A stretch of DNA of 64,000 nt from Anthoceros angustus (lineage: Eukaryota; Plantae; Anthocerotophyta), in the NCBI GenBank assembly GCA_010909165.1, contig MU008168.1, forward strand, positions 1,116,001 through 1,180,000, read 5' to 3'. The translations under genes and the position numbers were made by a program. Below the pieces are notes generated by a model. The model saw nothing but the letters and a program-made list of their open reading frames with translations, made no database searches and was not told the origin of the DNA. How positions within the stretch are numbered: the first letter of the stretch is position 1; every line of letters begins with the position of its first letter. Shown here piece after piece: positions 43,506-54,088 of the stretch.

Positions 43506-44571
43506 GGCTGATGCCGCCGCAGCAGCCTCGCACAGCGCTGCAGAGGCGTGAGGAACGTAGCCTGCTCTGCGCTCGCTGGGGAATGAGCTGAGCTGAGACC
43601 GGGGAGTGAGTTTAGGCTGGATTCTCACTAGCGTGGAGTCTGGAGCACGCCTGTGCCATTCGGTCCAGTCTGCCGCTCGACGGCTCCGCAACTTCGTTCT
43701 CACTCCCTGGTTGGCGACGGGCTTTCTGTGTTTGAGCCGCGTGTTAGGTGAGTTGAGTAATCCTTACGCTGTTCGTGAGATCACTCACGTCGCTAGGAGC
43801 TGGACGGCGCATCCTGCAACTACTTCAGTGGCTACGTTTTGAGTGACATTGCTATTCTGTGTGGGCTGGTTTCTGAGTACATTTTCAAACATACTTGCAA
43901 TTAAGAAAGCCAAGTTTTCCACGTTGTTGTCCTGCCAGATTCGTCAAGTTTTCTATCTTGTTGTCCTCCATCTTCGTGTGAAGCGTCGAGGTGAATGATT
44001 GAGGCGTAGCCATCTCGTCACGAAGGAGGCCTCGAAGTGGAAGTCTGTGTGCCGTGCATTGGCAGCCAAGGCCCAACGATTGGGCCTCTGGCCTCAAGGC
44101 CTCAGAGTGGCAGTCCGTGCTCCGTGTTTTGCCAGCCAAGGCCCAACCGTCAAATAGGTTGTTGGATGGGGCAGTAGAAGGAAATAAGGCGCATGATGTT
44201 GCCCTGATGTTTGAGCAAGGACAAAGTGGCATTCTGTGCCGCCATCGCCAGCCGATCGCAGCTTGCGCACCAGGTCCGCGCCGTGCTGGAGCTCCAGCTT
44301 GCTGAATCGGGCCAGCTGGTGCTCCACCTTTCCTATAACAATTTCTTTCTCGACCAGTCGGTACGCCAGACAATGAGCGACTCATTGAAAATCAAACCTT
44401 GTCAAGTGAGGGTACGTGTCGATGACTGTGTAAGGCACTCCAGACTAGTGTGATTTCTTGTAATGAATTGAATGCAGGCCACATTGGAGCGTTCTACCCT
44501 AGTCTAGAGCTCTGTTTCCTACCTTAATCTTTTGTTTGCCATTAATTTTAATGTCAAAAATATTTCTATAA

Positions 44572-45010
44572 TTCACCCTCACGGTTCTGTTCAAGAGGGG
44601 GTCAAGCGCGACCACCTGACGAGGCCGCGAGGTTATGTCTTCTGCATGTAATCGAAGTGGATAGAACAGCATTTCTGCATGTTATTAAAGCGGCAAGGAA
44701 GTTCGTCCGTTTAGCTCCGTCCCGGGTTAGTTGGGTTTGGCGCTTGAGTTGCCCGTTCCGATTGTGAGGTCATATGTAGACTCAGGTTCGCATGTGTTCT
44801 TACCGCCGGCCACGTTTGGTCCACAACGCCCTAGGCTTCCCCGGCGCACCGCGTTGAGAGCCAACGCGGTGCACGAGGTCCGAGTCATTGGACAACTTGT
44901 GGTCTCCATCTGCGACGCTCCCCCTCCCTTGGACACCAAGGCATAGTATGGATCACCCGTCCAGCTACCCATTGACACGAAGCAATTCCACAGACTCAGG
45001 TGAGGTCAGT
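44572..45010 (+). other. Possible organelle-derived insertion containing a group II intron 3' end and a perfect hairpin
   Basis: ctcacggttc (domain V 3' half-like), then gggggtc-loop-gacc(A)cctgac (domain VI-like, bulged A at -7, ends AC at 44620). 11-bp hairpin gcaccgcgttg/caacgcggtgc at 44846-44872. Confidence 0.35.
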
Positions 45011-45243
45011 TTTTCAGTCCTGCATAAATATTGCTACCAGCAAAGGTGAGCACATTAATAAGGAGCAGGGCTCGGAGAGCCGCGCCAGAGTTAAAAGTGG
45101 CATTCGAGACAGTTCCAATCTCTGGATCTAACCTACACCGACTGCCGAATTAAGAATCTTTGACAAAAAATTGGGAGTCCTCATTTCCCAGGACCTTATT
45201 CAATTGGACTGTTTCGTCGTCATATGGAGGGAGTCGAAAGAAC

Positions 45244-46674
45244 TTAACCACCACCGCCGCTGTAAGCCTTGCCGAAGAAGATGATCTGCAGCTGGTCATA
45301 GCCTGCCAGCACACCAGCGCCAGCTACAGCTCGCAAAATGTTAGCTCCTGCACCCTTGAACAGAGACTTGGTGCCTTCCTTCTTGATGATCTCCCTGAAT
45401 GCATGCAGTGAGCTGTTGTACTTGACTGCCTCTCCCGACGTCATCATCATACGACGACGGACAGTGTCCAGAGGGTACGAGGACAGTCCTGCACCAATTG
45501 TAATGGCCCATCCAAGGAGGAAACTGGCAAGGAAATTTCCCTGAAACAAACCAGAAAATGGATATCAGCGGAGGCAGACACAATACAATTGTCGGAGGAG
45601 GTGAAGCCCAGACAGAGGATGTCTCAGAGATGCAAAACCATACCTCGAGAGGTCCAACGAGAACCACAGGCTTCAGTGAGTCGTACATGCCGAAGTACAG
45701 GCCACGATACACAATGATACCAGCACAAGAGATGTTGAATCCACGGTACAGGCCAGCAATGCCATCGGACTTGAGAGTCTGGCGATACACGTCCAGAAGC
45801 CCCTTGAATTGCCGCTCTCCTCCTTTCTTTGCGGACTTGTTGTCGTTAGCCAGACGAGTACGAGCATAATCCAGAGAGTACACAAACAGAAGCGACGAGG
45901 CACCGGCAGCACCACCGGAGGCCAGGTTGCCTGCGAACCACTTCCAGTACCCGTCCTTGTCCTTCCTGTAGCCGAACATCTTCTTAAAGCGTTCCTTGAA
46001 AGCGATGTTCAAGGCCTACACAGGCAAACGCATGTCAAGGCGTTAAGACATAGGAGGACATGAGATACGCAGATGGATCGCCCCGTAAGAGCGAGCATGA
46101 ATCAGATCTCACCACATCCACAAGCAATGCAGTCAGATCTGGCACCAGATCTAGAGAGCACGGTAAGCGTAGGACATACCTGAGTGGGGAAGTACCGAAG
46201 CACGTTGGCCAGATTTCCTCTCCACAGGGCAACAAAACCTTCCTCGCTGATCGTCCGCTTGAAGCACTCACCGATCCCATCGTACGGCTTGGAAAGGCGT
46301 CCAGTCTTGAGCATCTCATCCTGATTCTGGATAAGGAGCTTCACACGCTCGATAGGAGCAGCTGCAGTCTTCGACACAGCCGCAGACACTCCTCCCATGA
46401 GGAAGTCAGCCACAAAGGAACCAGCTGGCTTTTCACTGCCCGCAGCAACAAAGATCGGTGAAGAAGTTGCAAAGTTCCCCATGCTAGGGCCCTGTAACAC
46501 CTCCATCGGACACAAGGCAGTGCAGTCTGTGCTGGTGCGAGGGTAAGCGGCAACCGCGCCCAAGCCGTTCTCTGAGAAGGAGGCGGCGGGCCTCTGGTGC
46601 GACAACTTGGTGCCGAGGTAGGTCCGCGAGGAGAACTGCGTCACGAAGTGACGAGACTGCCGGTAGTCCGCCAT
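45244..46674 (-). CDS. AAC: Mitochondrial ADP/ATP carrier, tandem copy b, 3 exons
   Basis: Same motifs as copy a, with canonical [16 protein letters not shown] and RRRMMM. Confidence 0.96.
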
Positions 46675-47060
46675 GGCTGGTGCCGCCGCTGCAGCCTCGC
46701 ACAGCGCTGCAGAGCCCTTGGGAATGTAGCCTGCTCTGTGCTCGCTCTGAAATGAGCTGAGCTACGCCGGGCTGAGCTGAGCTGAGCCGAGCTGAGACTG
46801 AGAAGGCTGGGGACTGAGGTTAGAAACAAGATGGCAGCGGCTTCATCTGTGCGTGTGCCCTAAAGGACAGTGGGCGGCCCCGGCCACCTTTCGGAACTGG
46901 TGCCGTTTATTTCGCAGTTGGTGCGCTGCACATCGGTTTCCGCGCTGTTCCGTTTCTGGTTAACCCGTTTCCCGTCGCCCCGTTCCGTGCTGAACTTCCT
47001 TCTAGAAACGGAACGGGAAGACATTCGCTCGTCCAGTTTGCAGCAGAGCTTGCGCCAGTG

Positions 47061-47854
47061 ATGGCGTCCGAGGGCTCTCCCAAGGCTCCTGCGGTGTGCG
47101 CTCGTCTTCCGCCTGCCATGGATTTTTATGCTGTTCCTGATTGACGCAATTTGATATGCTCGCAGGAGTTGTCTGATTTGAGCAAGGACTCGAAGGAGTG
47201 GGAAGTACCGGCGGTAAAGGAGAAGAGTGGCAAATCCAGAAGCAATTCAGATGCGGTAAGCGATTTCTGTGTAATCTTTCTTGCAAGCTGCTCAAACCTG
47301 GAAAAGATTGTTCTTAACTGAACGCGGATTGCATGTAGAGGAGTGTGAAAGGTCAGCACAGAGGAGAGCACAGAGAGGGGAAGGGTGTGAAGGCTGCTCA
47401 AGCTGGAGCAAAGTCGAGTGCGGCAAATCAAAAACAGCCGGTTGCATCAGTAAGTCATACCGAGCACTTCAGGGACAAATGGGAGAAATTTGACACGGTG
47501 AGGGATGCAGGTTTTTGCAGACAGTAGCTTTGTCAAATTGGAGGTGCAGCACTGAATGCCTGAACTTGGATAGCTGTTTAACAGGGTGCTCGGCGACAAC
47601 ATGAACATCCTGTTGTTGCACCAAAGCTTGGTGAGGAGCCAAGGTTGCAGCAAGCCCGGCGAACTGCCTGGGTGAAAGCACAGACATCTGGTGCTACTGC
47701 GAGTTTCAAGAGCTGTGAATCTCAGTTTGGCAATTATCTTGTCCCAATCATACCTAACCAATTTTGCAACAAATTTCCAACCCCTGCATCTCCTGTGTCA
47801 AGCGGGTTTGCTGCTCCATCAGTTGCTGGGAGTGGAGGAAACTCTTTCAGTTAG
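47061..47854 (+). CDS. Small protein of unknown function (~167 aa); exons 47061-47093, 47166-47255, 47339-47449, 47585-47854
   Basis: ATG in gtgATGG context. Three phase-0 GT-AG introns join into one open frame ending ..RRTAWVKAQ..QFGNYLVPIIP..GNSFS*. Confidence 0.65.
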
Positions 47855-48248
47855 CTCTGCCAGGGTTGCAAGAACCATTTATATCATCCGAAGCTCTAAT
47901 ATCATCATCCTGGCCAGCCGGAGATTTGGCCATGTAGGTTGCCTTACTTGCCTTCCACACTTTTCTTGTAGTCTTCATGTTGTACAGATGTTTTTGATGG
48001 TTGGTATGCGGATTCTTGAAAGTCACCGCCATGATGAGTATGTTCGTGCGTGGATTTCATGCATGGCATTCGTCTATGGAGACTATGTACATTGAGCATG
48101 TGCCTCAACAAGCCGTCTTTCTGCGTATGGTTTCTGCTGCATCCGTGAGAGAATCGAGGACTTTCGTGCAATGCTGCTCGTCAGAACTCAGGAACCCTAA
48201 TTGTCTTGTCTTCCTGCCAAGAGCAGCATTCTCCGTTGTTAAGCGGCT

Positions 48249-49780
48249 ATGAAGTTCAAGGCGATACTCAGCGACTATGGCGTCTCTCTTCTAGAACGCC
48301 GTAAGCCTCTTCCTCTCTGTTACAAAGTGTGATGATGCCAAAAGGTGATGTTCGGTGTTCATGGTTCTGGTACGGTCCTAGTTCTAACGCCGAGGAGACG
48401 GGCAGGTTTTGTGCCTGCATTCGAGAAGATCGGGAGGACATGCCACTTCTACCTTACAAGGGAACACTTGATCATGTTACACAACGTCTTGAACGCGGAC
48501 GGAGTGCAGGCTATTGCGCAGTTTACCAAGGTAACCAGCCTTGCCATACCGGCCTTTCACCCGTTTTGAAGGAATGGAAACAGATCAGCCTGGGCAATTG
48601 AGTTGTTTCTGTTTTTCGGATTCAGGAAGCTGTGTTCGACGACTACCGCATTTCCAGCCAGAATGATGACCGCATTGCCTTCACCGTGGACTTGGCTTTG
48701 TTGTCCAAAGCTCTCAGGAGTAGCGTCAGTATGGACGCGGAGAAATTGCAGGTTAAATTGGTGAAAAAGCGGCCTTCTATCACCGAGAGGCCGATGCCTT
48801 ACTTGACTTTCGAAAGCAAGGTATGGTTGTACTGATTCTTCGGTTGTGAGCAGCCAACGTGTCCTGATCCGTGACCAGAGCGCGTGGTCCCAGGGTTATA
48901 GATCGGCAGTGATTCAAGATGTCCCAATATCTCAGCCCTTGAATCGGATGGACGTCCAGGAGCTTCAGTCAACTCTTGACAGGGCCCAAGACTTGCCACG
49001 GGTAAGCTTAAAGCCACTTGCTGCAACTAGTAATGCGCTGGTTTACTTCCCTGGCTAACACTGTCTTTCTTACTGCAGACACTTGTACAAGTTCCTGATC
49101 TGGTGCAGCTCCAAGCGCTGGTGGAACGCCTGAAAAACGTCGGAGAGGTCCTGGAAGTGGCAGTGACCCAGTATGGGGATCTCCACCTACATGTTTCCAC
49201 TACTTTGGTGTCTCTGGGAACAGAATACAGAAAGTTGCGGGTGCTTGGAAGCCGAGGTAAACATTTCGCCTAGAAACCTCCAGAGTTTCATTTCCTGTAT
49301 GCCGTGTTGATGGACCTTAGCTGTGGTTGCAGCTGAGGACCCCTCTTTGGATGCTGATCAGAGTCCTCGTGTAAGGCTTGAGCAAGCTCTGAACAGATCC
49401 GAAGCTTCATCTGTGGTACGTCTCCAGCCCTTTCGTCTTGCTGCCGTGCTAGCTACGAGGTTATCAATGGCAAGATCGATAATGTCGCTCCTGTTCTTCG
49501 CAGCAAGTTGGTATGAAGCATTTCGTAAGAAGTCTTCAGTGCCACCTTACGAGGCCAGATGCAGCATTCTGCGGTGAGCGTGCAGCAGAGATCCCTGCAC
49601 TTTTTAATGTGCGCCAGCTTTGAAAGCTCCTGACTCATCCTCTTCTCTTTGACAGGGATTTCGCCTAACGACACGAGCTTTCTCATGATGTTTCAGTACT
49701 TCATTCCTGGAACTCGACAGATGGATAGTTCAATAACTCTCCACTATCGGCTACCTGTCATCGACCAGACTCTGCCTTGA
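48249..49780 (+). CDS. HUS1: Checkpoint protein HUS1 (9-1-1 clamp), 8 exons
   Basis: MKFKA, LHNVLNADGVQAIAQF, FDDYRISSQNDDRIAF, LQVKLVKK, GYRSAVIQDVPI, KSLQCHLTRPD, RLPVID match plant HUS1. Confidence 0.93.
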
Positions 49781-50278
49781 CAGTTGTTGCATACTTACTC
49801 CTGCGTTATGCTCTTAAGGGGTTTTAGAGGTCCTTCTCATGGAGGACAAATTTTGACTCACCACCAGGCCACCTATGAAGATACACCTGTAGTGAGAGCA
49901 GTTGTGGGAGAGTGAGTAGCTCATCAGTGCTGGGCGCGAGTTGATTTTATATGTCACTGTGTTGAAGACATACGCGTCAGCCTGCAGGCGCCCTGTTGAT
50001 TGGCTAGCTGCGACCCGCCTACCACCTCGAACGAGGTGACGGTCTGGCGTAGGCTGTTGCGTCAGCGCGAGGCGCGTGGCGAATGGATTGAGGCCTTTCA
50101 AAGCTTCCACCTTCACTATGACTTCTGCACTGCAGGCTACCCTCGGAGTAACATGCGGCCTTGCGAATTATGCGCGGCGTATAGGCTACAGAGGGAGAGT
50201 TTGCGTTGTAGGGACGGCTGACGGTTTTGTGCCTTGCTATATCCACAGGAGTGGGCGGTGCGATATATCTAGTACCGT

Positions 50279-53200
50279 TTATGATAATGTCTTTTGAGAG
50301 TGGCTACTCCCGACAAGAAAAGTCTGAGCTTCCTGCTCATGATCAATCCAGCTGCGCCCTGGCTCTTTCCAGGCTCTTTTCTCCTTCCTCAGCCTCTCCA
50401 CCTTGCTTGCACGATGCAGGTGGCCAGCATCTGCATATATCTGCGACATCAATACATATGCAGCAGGGTGATTGGGCTGCAGACGAACTGCTCCATTGAA
50501 GGCTTTTTCTCCCAGCTCTACGTTGCCGTGATTCCGACACGCAGCCAGGATACACAACCAGGTAGCCAGATCAGGCGGCATGGGCATGGTCGACAACAAG
50601 TCTTGCACTCTTGCCAAGCATCCAGCGCGGCCGAAGAGGTCCATCATACTCACGTAATGCTCAATACTTGGAGTGAAACCATGCTCTCTGCTCATGGATG
50701 TGAAGAACGCCACACCTTGGTCCACCAGCCCACCATGGCTGCATGCAGAGAGGAGCGAGAGATATGTCACCTCGTTCGGTTTCACCCCAGCCAGCCGCAT
50801 CTCTTCAAAGCACTGTAAGGCCTTGGCACCAAGCCCGTGCTGAGCGTATGCTGTGATCATGGCCGTCCAGGTGACCACATTTCTGCCACCCAAGCTGTCA
50901 AACACGCTGCGGGCATCTTCCAAGCTCCCGCATTTGGCATACATGTCTACCAGGCAGCTTCCGACAACCACATCAGCTTCCAGCCCTCGTCCCCGAATCT
51001 GAGCATGGAGGTCCTTGCCCAGACGAAGAGCTCCGGTGCTGGAGCATGCAGAGAGCAGACACACGAATGTGACAGGATCCGCGGCAGTGAGTCCCTCAAG
51101 CTGCATACTTGCATACAGATCAAGGGCCTTGTCACCGAGCCCCTGCTCGGTATATCCTGCAAGCATGGCATTCCAGGTCACCACATTCCGCGTGGGTAAG
51201 CTCTCGAACACCAACCAAGCATCATTTAAGCTTCCGCATTTAGCATACATGTCCACAAGGCAGTTCCCCACAACTATGTCAGCGTCCAGTCCCACATCCT
51301 GAATTCTGGCATGAAGCTGCCTTCCCTGCTCCAAGGCTGCACTGCTGGCACAGGCCTTGAGCAGGCACACGAATGTGACATGATCAGCTGGCCATTTCCC
51401 CTCCTGCAGCATACTGTCATAAAGAGCCAGGGCTTCTTCCCCGAGCCCGTGCTCGGCATATCCTGCGATCATGGCAGTCCAGGTTACAACATCCTTGGTG
51501 GCAAGATTGTCAAACACCCGGCGTGCATCGTCGATGCTCCCGCATTTGGTGTACATGTCCACCAGGCAGCTCCCCACAACCACGTTGCCCTCCATGCCTT
51601 TGTCCTGAACCTGAGCATGCAGCTGTCTCCCCTCATGCAGAGCTCCGATGCTGGCACAGGCCCTCAGGAGGAAGACAAATGTAACATGATCAGGCTGAGT
51701 GATGCCCTCCTGCTCCATGGTTTTATACAGATGAAGGGCCTCTTGCCCCAGCCCGTGCCCCACATATCCTCCCAGCAGAACTGTCCATGTTACCACGTCC
51801 TTCGTGCCCATGCTGTCGAACACCTTCCGGGCTTCCTCGAAGCTCAAGCATTTTGCATACATATCTACCAGGGAGTTACTAATGACGAGATCGGATTCCA
51901 GGCCCCTCTCCTGTATCTGGCGATGGAGCTGCTGCCCCTGGTGTAGAGCTCCAGTGCTGCCACATGCTTTAAGGAGACAGACGAATGTACCCTGATCAGG
52001 TTGAGTGATGCTCTCCTGCTGCATTGCTGCATATAGTGTAATAGATTCTTGTGCCAGTCCGTGCTCGGCATATGCTGCGAGCATGACATTCCAGGTCACC
52101 ACATTCTTTGTCGTCATCATGTCAAACACCTTGCGGGCATCGTCTAAGCTCCCGCATTTGGCATACATGTCCAGCAAGCAACTGCCAATGACCACATCAG
52201 TTTCCAGCCCCCTTTCCTGAATTTGACAATGAAGTTGCTTGCCTTCAGGCAGTGCCCTGATGCTGGCACATGATTTTAGAAGGCACACGAATGTGATTTC
52301 ACCAGGAGTGATGCCCTCGTCCTGCATGCGTTGATAGAGGCTGAGGGCTTCATGCCCGAGGCCGTGCTGAGCATATCCTGTGAGCAAGGCGTTCCATGCC
52401 ACCACATTTCTTGTGGCTAGATTGTCAAACACATGGCGGGCATCAGTCAAGCTCCCGCACTTTGCATACATGTCCACCAGGCAGCTGCCAAGAACGTCGT
52501 CGATATCCAGTCCGTTTTCTTGGATCTGTGAATGCAGCTCCTTGCCTAGAGGTGTGGCTCCGACACTGGCACATGCATTCAGGAGGCACATGAATGTAAC
52601 ACTGTCTGGGGTAGTGATGCCCCCTTGCTGCATGGTAGCATAAAGGGAGAGGACTTCATCAGCAAGCCCGTGATCAGCATATCCTGCAAGCATGGCATTC
52701 CATGTGATCACGTTCCTGGAGGCTAAGCTGTCAAAAACCTTGCGGGCATCATCCAGGCTCCCACATTTGGCGTACATGTCTATCAAGGAGCTGCCCATCA
52801 CTGGATCTGCATCGAAGCCTCTTTCTTGAATCTGGCAATGCAGCTGCTTTCCCTCTTGTAGGGCGCCAACACTGGCACATGCTTTCAGCAGGCACACAAA
52901 TATGACATGGTCAGCCGGAGTGATGTCCTCCTGCTGCATAGCTGCATACAGAGTCAGGGCTTCGTGCCCAAGTCCATGCTGAGCATATCCAGCAACCATG
53001 GCAGTCCATGTCACAACATTTCTCGTGGCTAGGCTGTCAAAGACTCTCCGGGCATCATCTAAGCTCCCGCATTTCGCATACATATCCACCAGGCAGCTCC
53101 CAACAAATATATCCGGCTCAGCTGCACTTCTCAACACATCCGCATGCACCTGCCTGCCTGAAGTCAAATCTGCTGCCCTGGCACATGCTTTCAGGACAGC

Positions 53201-53635
53201 CACAAAGATGTGGTTATCCGGTAAGGCTCCAGACTGTCGCATCTGCCAGTACAGTTTTATTGCCTGCATCGGATGTCCATGTTCAGCATGCGCCAAGATG
53301 AAGGATGCCCACACGTAAGCGTTTGGTGCAACCACTTTGGAAAACACTTGCAACACTTCCTGCAACCTCGCATGAGAAGCATACATGCGGATGATGTGGT
53401 TGGCCAGGAGCTTGTTTGACTCGTACCCACTCTTTAGTACAAGAGCATGAATACATCTTCCCACCACCAGTTCCTTCTTGGCGGTGGAACTCCTGAGAAC
53501 TTCGTAAAAGACAAATGGGGAGACATAAGACCCCTGCTGGACAAGGAGGCCCAATGCTTCAACAGCATCGCTCAGCTGCCCCTTTTCGCTGGTTCTCCAG
53601 GATCCCACCTCTGTATCTGCTTCACATTCCACCAC
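50279..53635 (-). CDS. Long PLS-class PPR with E domains and a truncated PG-box/E+ end, no DYW; true start probably in an upstream exon
   Basis: About 9 PLS triplets, E domain, KEPGRSWIDHEQEAQTFLVG then stop. The ORF starts at a GTG just after a ttgcag acceptor (53637). Confidence 0.92.
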   Translation of the reverse strand: MVECEADTEVGSWRTSEKGQLSDAVEALGLLVQQGSYVSPFVFYEVLRSSTAKKELVVGRCIHALVLKSGYESNKLLANHIIRMYASHARLQEVLQVFSKVVAPNAYVWASFILAHAEHGHPMQAIKLYWQMRQSGALPDNHIFVAVLKACARAADLTSGRQVHADVLRSAAEPDIFVGSCLVDMYAKCGSLDDARRVFDSLATRNVVTWTAMVAGYAQHGLGHEALTLYAAMQQEDITPADHVIFVCLLKACASVGALQEGKQLHCQIQERGFDADPVMGSSLIDMYAKCGSLDDARKVFDSLASRNVITWNAMLAGYADHGLADEVLSLYATMQQGGITTPDSVTFMCLLNACASVGATPLGKELHSQIQENGLDIDDVLGSCLVDMYAKCGSLTDARHVFDNLATRNVVAWNALLTGYAQHGLGHEALSLYQRMQDEGITPGEITFVCLLKSCASIRALPEGKQLHCQIQERGLETDVVIGSCLLDMYAKCGSLDDARKVFDMMTTKNVVTWNVMLAAYAEHGLAQESITLYAAMQQESITQPDQGTFVCLLKACGSTGALHQGQQLHRQIQERGLESDLVISNSLVDMYAKCLSFEEARKVFDSMGTKDVVTWTVLLGGYVGHGLGQEALHLYKTMEQEGITQPDHVTFVFLLRACASIGALHEGRQLHAQVQDKGMEGNVVVGSCLVDMYTKCGSIDDARRVFDNLATKDVVTWTAMIAGYAEHGLGEEALALYDSMLQEGKWPADHVTFVCLLKACASSAALEQGRQLHARIQDVGLDADIVVGNCLVDMYAKCGSLNDAWLVFESLPTRNVVTWNAMLAGYTEQGLGDKALDLYASMQLEGLTAADPVTFVCLLSACSSTGALRLGKDLHAQIRGRGLEADVVVGSCLVDMYAKCGSLEDARSVFDSLGGRNVVTWTAMITAYAQHGLGAKALQCFEEMRLAGVKPNEVTYLSLLSACSHGGLVDQGVAFFTSMSREHGFTPSIEHYVSMMDLFGRAGCLARVQDLLSTMPMPPDLATWLCILAACRNHGNVELGEKAFNGAVRLQPNHPAAYVLMSQIYADAGHLHRASKVERLRKEKRAWKEPGRSWIDHEQEAQTFLVGSSHSQKTLS

Positions 53636-54088
53636 CCTGCAAGGAGGAAGTACCTGTCAAAGCAGAAAACGGGGTCTACCCACCATCAACATACAGAGGG
53701 ACCACTCAGACTGGCATCTTCTGTCGTCAGGCTCCACATTCTGAAGCACTGCTATCGGATACTGAAAAGGAAAATCAGATTGGCCAAGTTGAACGTGCCT
53801 TATGCTCCCGTGTCCCAGTCTTGCGTAAGGCTTGAAAGAGGGTAGTCCTTGCGTCTTTTGTGATGGATCCCTTCATCGACACACTCCCCTAGTTGCAAGC
53901 AGCAAGGGAAAAACTGATGCCTATGGGCCACGCACGTCTGCCTCAATAAGACATCAGATGGGCGCAGCAGCAGCGAGCCATACCAGAGGATAAGAGGAAC
54001 AAAATCGATCAGCACGGACTGTGGGCGCGGCACAAATTGTCTTTCACGATCTTATCAGCCCGATGACAAGGTGGATCTGCAGTTAGCC

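Noticed and set aside
43885-44453. ORFs between the AAC copies
   Set aside because: No recognisable domain or consistent splice model; probably promoter or intergenic sequence.
44612-44670. Hammerhead ribozyme (CUGACGA followed by a GNRA hairpin)
   Set aside because: No GAAA directly after stem II and no consistent stem III/NUH cleavage site.
44700-44760. Telomerase RNA template or RNase MRP/SRP RNA
   Set aside because: caaacccaact does not match a TTTAGGG template, and the conserved MRP/SRP motifs were not found.
44727-44978. Degenerate intron maturase (PESTYDLT resembling LESIYDP)
   Set aside because: Similarity is too weak and lies on the strand opposite to the domain V/VI-like motif.
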